Source: Pocillopora damicornis (taxonomy: Eukaryota). Taken from it: a stretch of 64,000 bases of DNA. Both the position numbers and the translations under genes were made by a program. The stretch lies in NCBI RefSeq assembly GCF_003704095.1, contig NW_020846127.1:1-64000 (forward strand), in the 5' to 3' direction. This document shows, in pieces, positions 11,201-31,564 of this stretch (positions are counted from its first letter, which is position 1; each line of letters begins with the position of its first letter). The notes under the pieces were generated by a model that searched no databases, was not told the origin of the DNA, and worked only from the letters and a program-made list of their open reading frames with translations.

Positions 11201-14200
11201 AAAAATAATTTGACGATTGTGGAAAAAAAACACTTGGAAGAACATTCTCCGCCTTAAGTGTCTGACGCAGAGTTTGAGTCAGGATGAAAATGTTCTAAAA
11301 CGGTGTGAGGCATTTTAAGACTTGTCACAGGAATAAGATGCACTGAAATGGAACCCAGTACTCCACGAGCCGCGTTGCAGTAATTTTTAAAGAAACCCTA
11401 TAAAGTGACTTTTGTAGACCAGTTACAAAGAGAAATTTGTGAAGAGCAATCCAAGATAATTTTTGACACTCAATTGAAATTGCTTCAAAGCAGTCACTTC
11501 CCCAACAGCAGAAGCTATACAAAAGTTTACTTGAGCACTGTTAAAATTGCTATCCATACTAAGGTGATTTATAAAAGAACACAGAAAAAAAATTAATTAG
11601 CGAAGTTATTTGGATGCTCTATCAAGTAATAGTAATAGAGTAATAGAATACATTCTTTAAATTATCTGCAATTGCTGATGGCCCTGCCACAGAGATATCT
11701 TCTTACCAAACACTGTGCTGGAGCAAGTAGAAAGATGAAGAACTGCAACAAGTAGAACAGCGCCGCTCACAACAATAACAGTTGTTGCTGAAAAATTCAT
11801 CTCATCTCTTGTCTTCATGTCAAACGAAAGTTGAAGCAAACCACAGACGAACCAGTATAGAGTTTGAAAAAGAATAGCTATGCCGTAAATCATAGCATGT
11901 AGGTTGTAGTTTGAAAGAGAGGCTGTCACATGACCACTCATTTTCTGAAGTGCCAGGATGTACTGCTTAGCAACCTTAGTTGCTGAGGTAATCTGGTTTC
12001 TTGTAGTACTCAGGTCAACCTCTGCTGATTTAAGCCAATCAGAGTGCAGCTTGTGGGCGTGTTGAGGTTCCCACATGTTGTCAACAGAATGCCCATTTGT
12101 GATGAGCACTTGAGATAGTTGGTGTGAATTAAGCTGCATTGCTCGTAGCTTTTCTCTTGCACTATGGGAACCGAATAGTTCGGGAAGAAGGATTCCTAAG
12201 CTGAGAGAATGGAAGGTTGAGACATAGGTAAATAATATGATGCAGAAACAATTAAGACTAACTGTTATTAACTAGATATACCTATCGATAGAGTGCCAAC
12301 GAGCGATCAATTTGTGGTTTGATAAGGGGGTTTATGCTGAGGCCTAGTTTTTTCCAATTGATAAAAGGGTTTTTAATAAGAGTAACATGGAAACTGCACT
12401 AAGGTTTTAAGGGCTTGGTAATATTAACCAAGTCATTTAATAACTTGAACATGTGAAAGGATGTGAATAGTTCTTGTTATTAATGTAACATTATAAAGAA
12501 TAACATAACAAAGAATATGAATCGTGTTGTATTGTATAACTGTTGCTTTGAAAGAGCATAAAAAAACAACACTGAATTTTTCATTTACAATGTAACACGT
12601 CTTTTCATTGGCTTGAATAGTTCCTTCCTTGCAATTGGCTTAAACTGAGACATTCTTACATCTTACACCTTACACCTTACACTTACACTTTTCAATGCCG
12701 ATCGAGAATTTTTTCGCATACACCATTCTTCGCGCGGCACTATTCTCTGCCGCCTCGCCAGCCGAGCGTCTTCGCTCGGCTGGCTCGTTGGCAATTACCT
12801 GTTTTTAGGTACAGGAAGCCCCAGGAGAAGACTCAAGGTTGGAACAAGATCAATTTGTTGAACTTGTTTCTTTGAAAACTCTTCACCTCCACCATTCTCA
12901 AATAATGGGCTCATAAACACAAGGGGTGTGTTTGTCTCTGCCAGAGATGCTCCACCATGACTGCCTACCTCACTCATTCCATGATCACCGCACAGCACCA
13001 ATAATGATGGTGCCTTTCTTTGTTGATGCCAATGGAGCATTTCATTGTAGATATCACTTACAACTTGGTCCATTTCTAAGAGTTTTGGTGCAACTAAGGG
13101 ACTTGAAGGTCCTGCAATATGTCCTATATGATCAAGGCCCAGGTAATGAAGAATCATAACATCCCAGTCATTGCTTCTCAACTCTTTACCAATGTGTCTT
13201 GTAACATTGTTATCTACCTGTAATAGGATATTATCAGAACAACTAAGAATGTTGATCTGAATCTATAAGATCCTTTCCTAAGTATGGGAAAGGATCATAA
13301 AGAAAGAAAGCAAATGAACTAAAACTAAGCTAAACAGTCCTAAATCAGCTAAAAAAAAACTCACACAAAGGACCAAGACAGAATGTCTCTTCACTATATC
13401 TATACAATATCATGCAGACAAGTGATGTGAATTAAGATAAATATCCATTATGGGATTACTAATTGATCCAATACCAAATTCTCCATTCTAACATGAGAAT
13501 CATTTTGCAGACAGTAAGGAGAATTATTTATGAGATCTTGGGAGTTACAGGGTAGATGGCTGAGTTTTTTAGGTTGAAAATGTGACAGTTTATCCCAATA
13601 CAAATTCTTATATTTTGTCTGTTGCACAATATTAACATATTTGACTGTATATTTATAGAGGTTCATTGCATGAGGTTAAGCTAATTGAAACATTTTAAGG
13701 ATAAATTCATTTTTTTCATTCTGTGGAACAAAAGGGTTAATTCAAGAATATTTTGTTTGTACCTCCGTATAATCAGTCACAAAAAATGATGTGGTTCCAT
13801 CAGTTCTTTCAAAGTGTCCAGGAAACAGCTTCATCCAGGTATCATCACCATAAAAAACAAGCTTCTTATTTGCAAACTTCATCTGACTGATCAAACTGTC
13901 TTCTTGTAAAGAACTTGAGTCCATATTGAGAACAACATCAATAAATCCTGGTATGCCACCTGTTGTGAGTGCCTGTCAGAACATATCAACATGTCATATG
14001 AAAACAATACAAATTCTGCACCCATCTCTTGTTTAGTTCTTGTGAAGGTGTGCTTCATAGAGATTCATGCATGAGAAATATTGGCATCCTTTAGCTCCAA
14101 GATATTTTGACCAAAAGATCTCCATTTCATATGTAGTGAAACCTCTGATAATGATCAAGCTTGGTTGATAAATCTCTTAACCCATTAAACCCACAAAGTG

Positions 14201-15697
14201 ACCAGCACGTAATTTCTTCTTACAGTAATACTGGTGAATCATTCATGAAGATCTTGAGAATAAAGGAAATCAACCTAAGAAGCTTTGATTGTTAAACCAA
14301 TTCTCCTTGTCAGTGCCAAAGGAAATGGATAGAGAAGAGTAACAAGAATATGGATACTGATGTTTGGGTGTTCTGGGTTAAGTAAGCCAGCAGTAAGTAA
14401 CAGTCTCAGTGTTCATTAATGGCATCAATGCTCTGCTCTCTAATTTGCCGGGTATTGTTCCATGACCTGGGATACACAATGACTTCTCTATAATTTTTTT
14501 TGGGGCAAGAAGCAGTTGCCTAATGGTTGGTGCACTGGACTCCACATCAAGAGGTTTCGGGTTCAAGACTTGGCTAAGTCATCATATTGTGCTCTTGGGC
14601 CAGACATTTTACTTTCACAATGCTCCTCTCCACCCAGGAGTATAAATGGGTACTGTCCCTCTCCTCCCAGGAGTATTAATGGGTACTGGTGAAATGTCAG
14701 GGAATCCTGATGAAACACTGGGAGTAACCTTGCAATAGACTAGCATCCAATCCACGGAAAAAGTAATACGCCATGTCACTTCATGCTATAGAAACTGGTA
14801 TAAGCTCTGGCCTGCAGGGCTACTTGGCTCCAGTACAGACTCTTTCTTTTATCTATAGTATTTATATTAAGAGCCTTGCAGAGTTATTTTTTTGTCTACA
14901 GATATGAAACATACTTAACTGACCTTAATTCTTGGCATAGTGACAGTTGGTGGATGTGCCTTTGCCATGAAACTGAGGAGTATTACACAAGGATAGTAAA
15001 TATGTACATGTATATCCTCACTGAAAATTCAGTAAATAACAAAGCGATAATAGTGAATAAGGGTCTCCAGGTTATGTCTTAAAAGGTCCCTGAGGTTTCT
15101 ATTTTATTGTGACCAATAACATAACGGAATCAACCCTTGGACCCCTAAGAGTGACTAACATCTGAATTCTCCTTACAATATCACCCCTGAATCCTACATT
15201 AAGGTCTTAAGAATATAGGGAATGATCACCAACTAAAGAAGCTCTGATTGCCAAACCAGTTGCTCTTGTCAACACCTGTTGAAATGTATATCAAACAGTA
15301 CGGAGAATATGCATACTAATTTTAGGGTGTAAAGGGTTATTGTCAATGATCCACCTGATCTCTGAGAGCTGGTAGTTATAATATACACTGAATTCAATTT
15401 AATTCACCTGAATGATTTATTTAGTCTGATCAGTTCTTGCGTAAAAGGCATCCTTATCTGCTCACTGTAAACAAAATCTGCTCTCAGTGCATCTATCAAC
15501 ATGATGACCACTCTTCCAAATTTCGGAGGCAAAAGATCTCCTTTCCCTTCAAATGATGGCTCAGGTGGAAGATTCTCGTTAGTTGCTCTTCCATCTATGG
15601 CTTTCTTAAGCGGAAAGAAGCCTCTTAGGAACAATATTAAGCCCAGGATTTGACAAAGAAGCAGGAGAACTATGAGTACGCTATGACCGTGAGGCAT
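8259..15697 (-). CDS. PIGG: GPI ethanolamine phosphate transferase 2 (multi-exon)
   Basis: Motifs VVIMLIDALRADF, HPPTVTMPRIK, FYGDDTWMKLFP, ILHYLGLDHIGH, CGDHGMS...GSHGG, SSSFVEEEHQTWY, GNSNSLASVDISAGYVGL, RYHLFVWSVFSPKLLYE, in GT-AG bounded exons. Confidence 0.95.
14512..14841 (+). mobile_element. tRNA-derived SINE in a PIGG intron
   Basis: A-box-like GTTGCCTAATGG and B-box GGTTCAAGAC, followed by a body cctctccacccaggagtataaatgggtac...gactagcatcc. Probable reverse fragments at ~33400-33480 and ~51745-51865. Confidence 0.65.
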
Positions 15698-15917
15698 CTC
15701 CTCGACGAAAGGTGTTTTTTCTGATGAACACGATCAAGAAATCAGCGATCTAAAAATCAATATTTACACGAGATCGCTATGACACGTCAGTATTAAGAGA
15801 TAACTCCAAGAAACTTCGACTAAAGAGAGCTAAATCTTCCGCCATTTTGAAAATGTGACTACGATACTAGTGGCCTGCGCGACACAACAAAGAGCATATT
15901 CAACAGAGTAAAGCAAC
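15698..15917. promoter_or_regulatory. Bidirectional promoter PIGG/KRI1
   Basis: 220 bp between divergent ATGs; YY1-type CCGCCATTTTG at 15839-15849. Confidence 0.7.
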
Positions 15918-24309
<8,392 letters not shown>

Positions 24310-25095
24310 AAGTTTTTTTTGTGATCTCCAGCGCAACTGATTTTGTTCCTAAAACTGAGATCTGTCCACCTGCCGCTCAGTTTTCCTTGATTGACACGAC
24401 TTAGCTCTCTCTCCCCTCCCTTCTCTTCACTCGGCACAGTAGATCACAATATAATAAGGGGGGGGGGAGGTTGCATCCTACAACTTTATCTACTCATTCC
24501 CGTGTTCAAAGTAATCCGCTGACTAAACACGTGCAGTTTAAGAGAGAGGCTCCGAAAGAATAAATTTATGAATGAATTTAAAATGAATTTGCAACATTAT
24601 TCGTTAATATTGGAAAAAATAATTAAAATGTCTGGTCATATTTATGATTTATAGCCAACAGAATTACGATCAGCTATACTTTCCGTTAAGGATAAATCTA
24701 CCTTAAAGTAGTGGCCGCGAATCGATTGCGGGCGCTGCTTCACTAAGATAAATTTGAGAAAGCAGTAACCCGCAACTGCGTGTGACTGAGTCAGCAGAAT
24801 TGCAAGGTTTAATTACACGTCGGGGAAAATAAACGCGTATCATGAAATCTTTTTAAAGGATTGCTTCTAATTGATGAGCATTAGAATGAATCACTGGTGA
24901 AGCGATTTTCATGACGTATTTAAAATTCAGTTTCCCCGGGTAATTAGATACTAAAGAAATTTCGTCATAATGGTGCTTTCGTATTATCGCTCTAGAATTG
25001 ATAAGAGGGCAATCGCGAACTTGTTCCGTTGTATTCCGTTGTTGTTTTTCTGTTACAACATTTTGTTTGAGTGAAGCTTATAGGAAAAGCGACCC

Positions 25096-25596
25096 ATGTA
25101 TCACGACTGTCACGACGACTATGATTATCACAGTGCTGAAGAAGAACTGTTTTGTCCGAGTAGTGCCGAAGCCTCACGAACAGATAACGATGGATTACGA
25201 AAAGGTCGCGATGATTCAGAAGAATCTATAGTTCTCCAAGACTACTATGATAATTTGCCAAGGCCAGGAAGTCCAACACGTGATGATTATATTCAGCAAC
25301 TGCTTGAAGCTTTAGACAAACAAGAGCAAGAGATTAAAGACCTTGACTACAAACTACAAGATTTACGGGGAGAGGTTCGGGAATACTTCTCAGGCTTGGA
25401 ACAGAAGCTGTCCTGCTTCGAGGAAAAAGTTGACTTTGTTATAACCTTGGTGTCCTCGTGGGTCAATCATCCGCCCAACAATCGGGGATGTCGAGGATCT
25501 TGTTCAAACCACGTACGAACGGATAACTGCTTGTGCCGTGGTTTGAAGGAACCTCATCGATGCTGTGGGCGTATTGGAGGAGTTTGTGCTTGTTAA
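25096..25596 (+). CDS. Uncharacterised 166-aa protein: acidic N-terminus, coiled coil, Cys-rich C-terminus
   Basis: Single ATG-initiated ORF; heptad-like segment YIQQLLEALDKQEQEIKDLDYKLQDLRGEV; C-terminus with 8 Cys. Confidence 0.55.
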   Translation: MYHDCHDDYDYHSAEEELFCPSSAEASRTDNDGLRKGRDDSEESIVLQDYYDNLPRPGSPTRDDYIQQLLEALDKQEQEIKDLDYKLQDLRGEVREYFSGLEQKLSCFEEKVDFVITLVSSWVNHPPNNRGCRGSCSNHVRTDNCLCRGLKEPHRCCGRIGGVCAC

Positions 25597-26490
25597 AAAT
25601 TGATCATCTTTAAAATTCTACTCACCAACCAACCCACGTTGTTCTAATACCAGTTGAGAGAAATTCTCTAACCATCGAAGCTGGTTCGTAACGACGACCG
25701 CTTGTTTTTTTTTCTTCGATAATTATACCTTATTTTCTCATTCAACAGTTTGTTTATGATCACTGTAATTTTGAGAATTTTTATCGAAACATTTTTGTCA
25801 CGTAACGTGACTTGCGCATATGAGACCACATGATCCTGTCAGGTTTGAGACACAACAAACACAAAGCTGTCGAAGCCTCTACTCGTAGTAAACTTTTGTA
25901 TATTTGCATTAACTGTTTTGGACATCTCACAGCGCATTGGTCCATCGTTACGATACTTAGATGTGTTCCAAGGTTCCTAAGCGTAAAATCCATACGTCAG
26001 CCATCTGATCGGCTATGAAGGTGTCTCTTGATCTGTCGGTCAATTTTCATTTCTTAGCTAAGCGCGCGGTATTAACTTGCGCAGTCTAATAAAATGAGAA
26101 GCTTCTCATGGTTTGTATGGTAGTACGCTTGGATAATACAGCACTCTCGTGAGCCAAATGCGCATTCCGATTAGAGCAATTTTTCACGCAGTCTCAAAAA
26201 CAGTCTCAATGGTCGATCAGAACTAACGAAAATATCACACGGAGCCAATCAGCACTCAAAGAAAAAAGGAGTACGGGAAAACGCGAGGGACTAAGTCTAT
26301 GGTTTTATCTTGGAGTCTAAGCATAGTTGGTTGAGAAGATGGCACACATTTTGAAGACATTTCACGGGGCGAATTACACCAAAACCATTCTAGTCTTTAA
26401 AAAAATCGAGCTCTTTTATTTCTCCTTTCACAACATTACAACGTGGCACAAAACAACTTTCTTTATACGCATTTCGTTCATGTGCGAGGG

Positions 26491-26554
26491 GACTGGTAAC
26501 AAATTCAAAAACCTACAAAAAAGCTTTACTGTAAGTTCGTCATAAAAACCCGTC
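26491..26554 (-). promoter_or_regulatory. SECIS element 2 of SelP-like gene B
   Basis: GACGGGT-TTTT-ATGAC-GAACTTACAG-TAAAGCTTTT-TTGTAGGTTTT-TGAA...ACCAGTC: core, helix II with one bulge, AAA loop. AATAAA ~70 nt further downstream (26415-26420). Confidence 0.7.
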
Positions 26555-26606
26555 TGAGATCTCGCGATGAAATGTTCTATTTCTCTGATTTCAACCGAAA
26601 ACTGAT

Positions 26607-26660
26607 GACTTCCATCCAAACAAACGGTTAACACTCTTTCCCGTTTATTCTTCATAAGTC
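26607..26660 (-). promoter_or_regulatory. SECIS element 1 of SelP-like gene B
   Basis: GACTT-ATGAA-GAATAAACGG-GAAAGAGTGTTAA-CCGTTTGTTT-GGAT-GG-AAGTC: AUGA/GA core, 10-bp helix II, AAA in the apical loop, helix I GACTT/AAGTC. Confidence 0.8.
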
Positions 26661-27229
26661 TTCATATTTGTAAAGGCTGAAACATAAGACTTCCCCACTA
26701 TCACAAATTCGGCACCAACTGTAAGGCATTGGAAAGGTGCTATGATTCGACTTTTTTTCTGCTACAGCAAATAATAATGAAAAAAAAGAGACCAAATAAG
26801 ACCCAGCTTTATATTATCATATTCATAGAGTTTTCATTAATGGACTTTCTACCGAATGCTATCGCTTGAGTTTGAAATTTTCTTTGATCTGTAATAGGCA
26901 CGGAAACAATTCCGTAAACGGACATAGAACAATCAAATTGCACGGAGCAATTTGATTGTTCCTCGAATCATTTTTTTGGCTTTCAGGGGGCAGATTCATT
27001 TCGCTTTGTTGTCCTTAAGGCTTTGTTACTTACTTTGCGGGCCTTATCGACTAGGAGCGACTAATTTCCTCTGGCGTTTAAGTCCAAATGAAGAAACTCT
27101 ACGACAAAATTCCTACCACGGAATTAACCCCCTCCCCCCTTAAAAGTTAAACCCTTGTGATAACCAACTAAACTCTACGGAAAGCGCGAAATCACATCAG
27201 TTTCATTCCAGACTTGAAGGCTGAGCATC

Positions 27230-28870
27230 TTACGGAGTGGTCACCTTGCCTTGAAATCGAGTTTTTTCTGGAGCAGGTTTGTTACACTGCGGGCAGTTTC
27301 TGTAAGCATCTTCGATGACTTTCCTGCAAATCAGCAAAAGACGAAAACTGGTTCAACGGGTTTCTAAAAATGTGGTATACGGGTTTGCCTAACACGCACG
27401 TTACAAAGAAACGGTTGTCCCAAATAGCAACGAAACTATCAGCAAAATTAATCTTCACTTGATTCCTGACAAAATTTAGCATTCTCAAAAGTGATAGACT
27501 TGTAATTTCTTTTCACAATATGTATGCATAATTTTAGCAAACAGGTGATAAGAAAAGAGAAACTTTCCGCCGGAGTCTTCTTGATTAAACAATTAATTCT
27601 CCTTTCTAATTTACCCGCAAATGAGTGAATTCTAGAAGAGAGAATTACTAATTTGATCTTAGTGGTTTAACCCTTTACCCCCAACATCAGTGTCTATATT
27701 CTCCATACTATTCATTATACATTTCCCAAGGTGCTGACAAAGAGAATTTGTTTAATAATCAAGAGCTGCTTCGGTTGATGATCATTTCCTTTATTCCCAT
27801 GACCTTAATGTTTGATTCAAGGGTGATGTTGTAAGGAGAAATTAAATTCTAGTCACTCTTACGAGTTAAAGGGTAAACTCACCATTCAAGACGGATATCC
27901 GAAGGATTTAAGGGAACTACTGGGAATAACTGGAGTTCCCCCTCAAGACTTCCGCAACGGTTATAAACAAATATTCCAGTCTTGTTCAAACCAAATTCTG
28001 TAGACAGGAGACCCGGGGTAGGCTCCTCGAACATGCCATCAGTTTGATTCCAGGACTGAGAGAAAACATTCTGGCCAACCACTGTCATGAAAACAATGTC
28101 ACCCATCTCGCTGTAGATGCGAAAAATGTGTGTAAGAATATAAAGAGCGGCTACTAATCCACTCGAGCCACAAGCCTGACCTTGATGCTTCGTGGGGAGA
28201 GCTATTTCTTCTTTTATTTTGATTAGGATAACCTGTTTTTATTGAGACAAGTGGGCTGAATTTTTTGGTAGGGAGCCCTACAGTGGTACCTTACTGGAAT
28301 TAAGTAATTGTCCTACTAACCGATTAACCTTTATCTTCCTCTGCGAAAGAAATCGCTCGGTAAACATTTATCCTTTAGAAAAGCCAACCTTAGAAACGTC
28401 AGCTCTCTTCCGTGGCGAATTTACATTATCAACTCAGTTGATTAAACCAATTGAAATTATCCATTTCGAAATAGTTGCTCGAGTATTATAGTAACCCCAC
28501 GCAGAGTGATTGAGCGAGAGGTGACGTAATCTTCGTCCGACGAGAGCGCCCCTATCTCTGTTGACAGCTGAACGAAAGAAATAACCGATGACTTTCGGTT
28601 GCACTCTTCACTAACGACTTACCTCCCCTTAGCGACCTCACGCATCTCGTCCATTTTCGCAATGGCCTTGACGCGACAGTCAGCCTGTCATCAGACTCTC
28701 TGCCGTCAAGCGGAGTTTATCACCCCTAGGACCACCACGGATCCCTGTGCCCGAGCGTCGAGCACTGGACCCATGGATGGCCGCTGTCATCGTCACCGTC
28801 AAAGAGAATCCGACAGCGACACACAAGCAAGCAGAGTGACGAAGAGGAATGCCAACATTCCCTTCGCCAT
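27230..28870 (-). CDS. Selenoprotein P-like gene B, 189 aa, six predicted Sec (U24, U26, U28, U55, U60, U61). Exons 28870-28623, 28110-27883, 27323-27230
   Basis: Hand translation: MAKGMLAFLFVTLLACVSLSDSLURURUQRPSMGPVLDARAQGSVVVLGVINSAURQRVUUQADCRVKAIAKMDEMREVAKGS/EMGDIVFMTVV...GIFVYNRCGSL...RLEW/KVIEDAYRNCPQCNKP...GKVTTP*. Both introns are phase 2 and exon 2 is 228 nt, identical to gene A. Two SECIS downstream. Confidence 0.82.
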
Positions 28871-30226
28871 GTTTCGATTTCTGCAATGTTTAAAGAAGGC
28901 AATGATTAACAATGATACATAACAGAATGTCAAAACAAATGCCTACTTCGGTAACATTTCAGGACTAATATTTATTCTAGATAATGTTGATTTAGAGATA
29001 AAAATTCCTTCAAGCTGCCATCAGAAGCTGGAAAGATCTTTTAGACTCTATTTTCTGATGATCAGAGATGTTTCTTGACTTAGTCTGAAGTTCTCCTTTC
29101 AAAAAGTACGTTTTGGTACGATGAGCTAATTGATTGAAAAATTGAGTCCTCTTCCCTCCCCCCCCCTCTCTCTTTTTTAACTGTTGTTCCCATAATGCCA
29201 CGCAAATATATTCCAACGAATGCTCTCAATGCTGAGAAGCATGCGTGACCACAGGATTGTGATATTGGTGTGACTTATTTCAACTGTCTTAGATTTAACT
29301 CCAGTTATTCAACAGTTAATAGTATAATCGTAACATATGACCGGAAGCAAGACTAAATATTTTAACAACGAAGCCTCTTTAAAACTTTCCAAGGCTAAAA
29401 ATTGCCTGATCGCGCGTGGTAGATGAGAAACTTTCATCAGAAAAGTTGTTCTCTTCCTTCCACCCAGGTGCCCGCAAGTAGTAGAGTCGTCACTCAGTGC
29501 GAAAAAGGTCGTGTGACGAGCTCAAACGACAGAAACAAAGGGGAATGGCTCACCAACCACTGTATGATTGTTTTTTTGCGTGCGCCTTGCGAAGAGTTTC
29601 AAGCGTGATTTCATTTTGCGTGCTAAAATTTCAAACTATTTTCGAAAGCAAGACGCGAGTGAAATTACACATCAAACAGAGCAGAATAGGTTTAAATTAC
29701 ATCACGCGCCTTGGAATCGAGTTTCAATATCTAATTTGAGAAAGATCCATCTATTTTCCTTTAAACAGCAAAACCTCTCTAATGAGTGGTTACTCCCGGA
29801 AAAATAAGCCAGACGACTGTTTTACATGGATTGTCCATTTCATGGAGGTTGACTTGCTTTTAATCATTATTTCGTTTGGAAAGTTCTTTGCGTTCTTGAC
29901 CTGTAAAATGTATAGGTAATCACGTAACATAATATATCAACGGAAAAAGTTGATATATTCCTCTTCTGCATCGAAATTTGAGGACCATAGACTCTCGATG
30001 TATTCTTCAAAATCATAAGAACTATTACATAAAGCTGAGTAATTTGTGAAAAAAGTTTTCTTTCCTAGCCCTGTTGCGAAACGAAAATTTAAGAGGTACA
30101 GCGAATACTAAAAGCTCGAACTATTGTCGCGCGTTCCAATCTGTTTGAATTTAATTGTACACACGATTTCGCAAACTTGACTGAAATAGTTCCGTTTAGC
30201 TTACTTAATTAAGAAGGAGTTGGTTA

Positions 30227-30255
30227 AGAAGAAGAAGAAGAAGAAAAAGAAGAAG
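30227..30255 (+). repeat. (GAA)n microsatellite
   Basis: aagaagaagaagaagaagaaaaagaagaag. Confidence 0.85.
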
Positions 30256-31564
30256 GTTGTTTGTTGCCCAACGTCGCCTCGATGACCCGCGACGGCTCAA
30301 TCACATATCTGAGAGACTGAACGCTCTGCGTTAAGAGAAGACGGGTGTTGCATTCTTCTATCCTAGACAGGCTTTATAATTTTGCGCGAAGGTGTTACAG
30401 GAAATGGCTGCAAACAGAGATTTCATTTTCTACAAAGGAAAGGCATTTTTGGAACTCCTTATCCTTGGGAGAGTCAGGTTTTTAAAAACCCCTGTCCTAA
30501 AAATTTATCGGGTACAACCCTTCCAGTTTGATGGCAAGAAAAGCTAGAGCTGGTTAAGCGTAGTAAGCTAGCGTTTTAAGCTAGATTTTGGTCGAAAAAG
30601 GGGCAATCGACATAGAATAATATGCGAATTCTGTACTTACGGCTTACAGCGTGACTGCTTTGTCCTGGTCGATTTGCCGACTAATGCTGACAATCCGGTT
30701 TCACCGGTGATAAATCTGCCCTCGCAGCAAGTGTCCAATTGTTGACAAGGAGTCATGTTATTTCTGCATGATCCAATTACAGAGTACTCTCAACCTGCGC
30801 GTGACAAGCCAGTGGAAAAAAATCGCCCGCGGTGAGTCCAAAGAACGAGTTATAAACATAGGGTCATAACGTGACTTTCCCCAGACGCGCTCCAGACGAG
30901 GCTTAATGTAGAGATCTCATGTACACGCGCGCAGATAAATACATATGAAGGTGAATGAATGGAAATGTGGGTATATGAAGGAGAGTGAATATATACTTCA
31001 TATAACTTTGTAAATCACATTTTGGAACTCTTGGTGGGTATATACATAAGATCTTTCCCCCACGAGAAATGACCCCACGAAAAATACTAAGCTAAAAATT
31101 AACTTTATTCTTTCAACGGAGATCAGGCAAAGGATGGGACTCTAAGCCACTGGGGAAAAGAGTGAGCCGAGAGAAACGGGGAAAAATTTGTAAAGAGCGC
31201 TCTGAGTAATGACTGAGGACGGATCTTTCAAGATTTTTATGATTAGTAAACTGATTTAACAAGGGGAGTCGTTAATTCTTTCTTTTATTAATCTAAACAG
31301 AGAAGCCTTGGCTTAGGCGCCTGGTATAAGCAACCGGCGGCTCTATATATCCGCTCTCGATGATTTAACCCCCAACTTCTCTCCACAGTATCACACCTGA
31401 ATCAAACAGTTCATGAGAATACAGGGAATGATCAGTCAGTTAAGAAGCTCTTGATTGTCTAACATATTCTCTTTGTCAGTAACATTGGAATGTACAGAGA
31501 ACAGTGTGGAGAAAATGCATTATGATCAAGGGGTGCAGTGAAGCTGAGTAGATGCTTAGTGTTG

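Noticed and set aside
26428-26655. 75-aa ORF on the - strand
   Set aside because: Its ATG is the AUGA core of SECIS1; the region is better explained as 3' UTR.
27230-28870. Interpreting SelP-like gene B as a pseudogene
   Set aside because: All six interruptions are TGA, there are no frameshifts, splice sites are intact, two TGAs align to Cys/Sec of the paralog, and two SECIS follow. Disfavoured, though not formally excluded.
28680-28886. Track ORFs 28680-28886(-) and 28599-28922(+)
   Set aside because: These are alternative-frame and antisense shadows. The frame with a signal peptide, SelP homology and the correct splice phase is the UGA-containing one starting at 28870.
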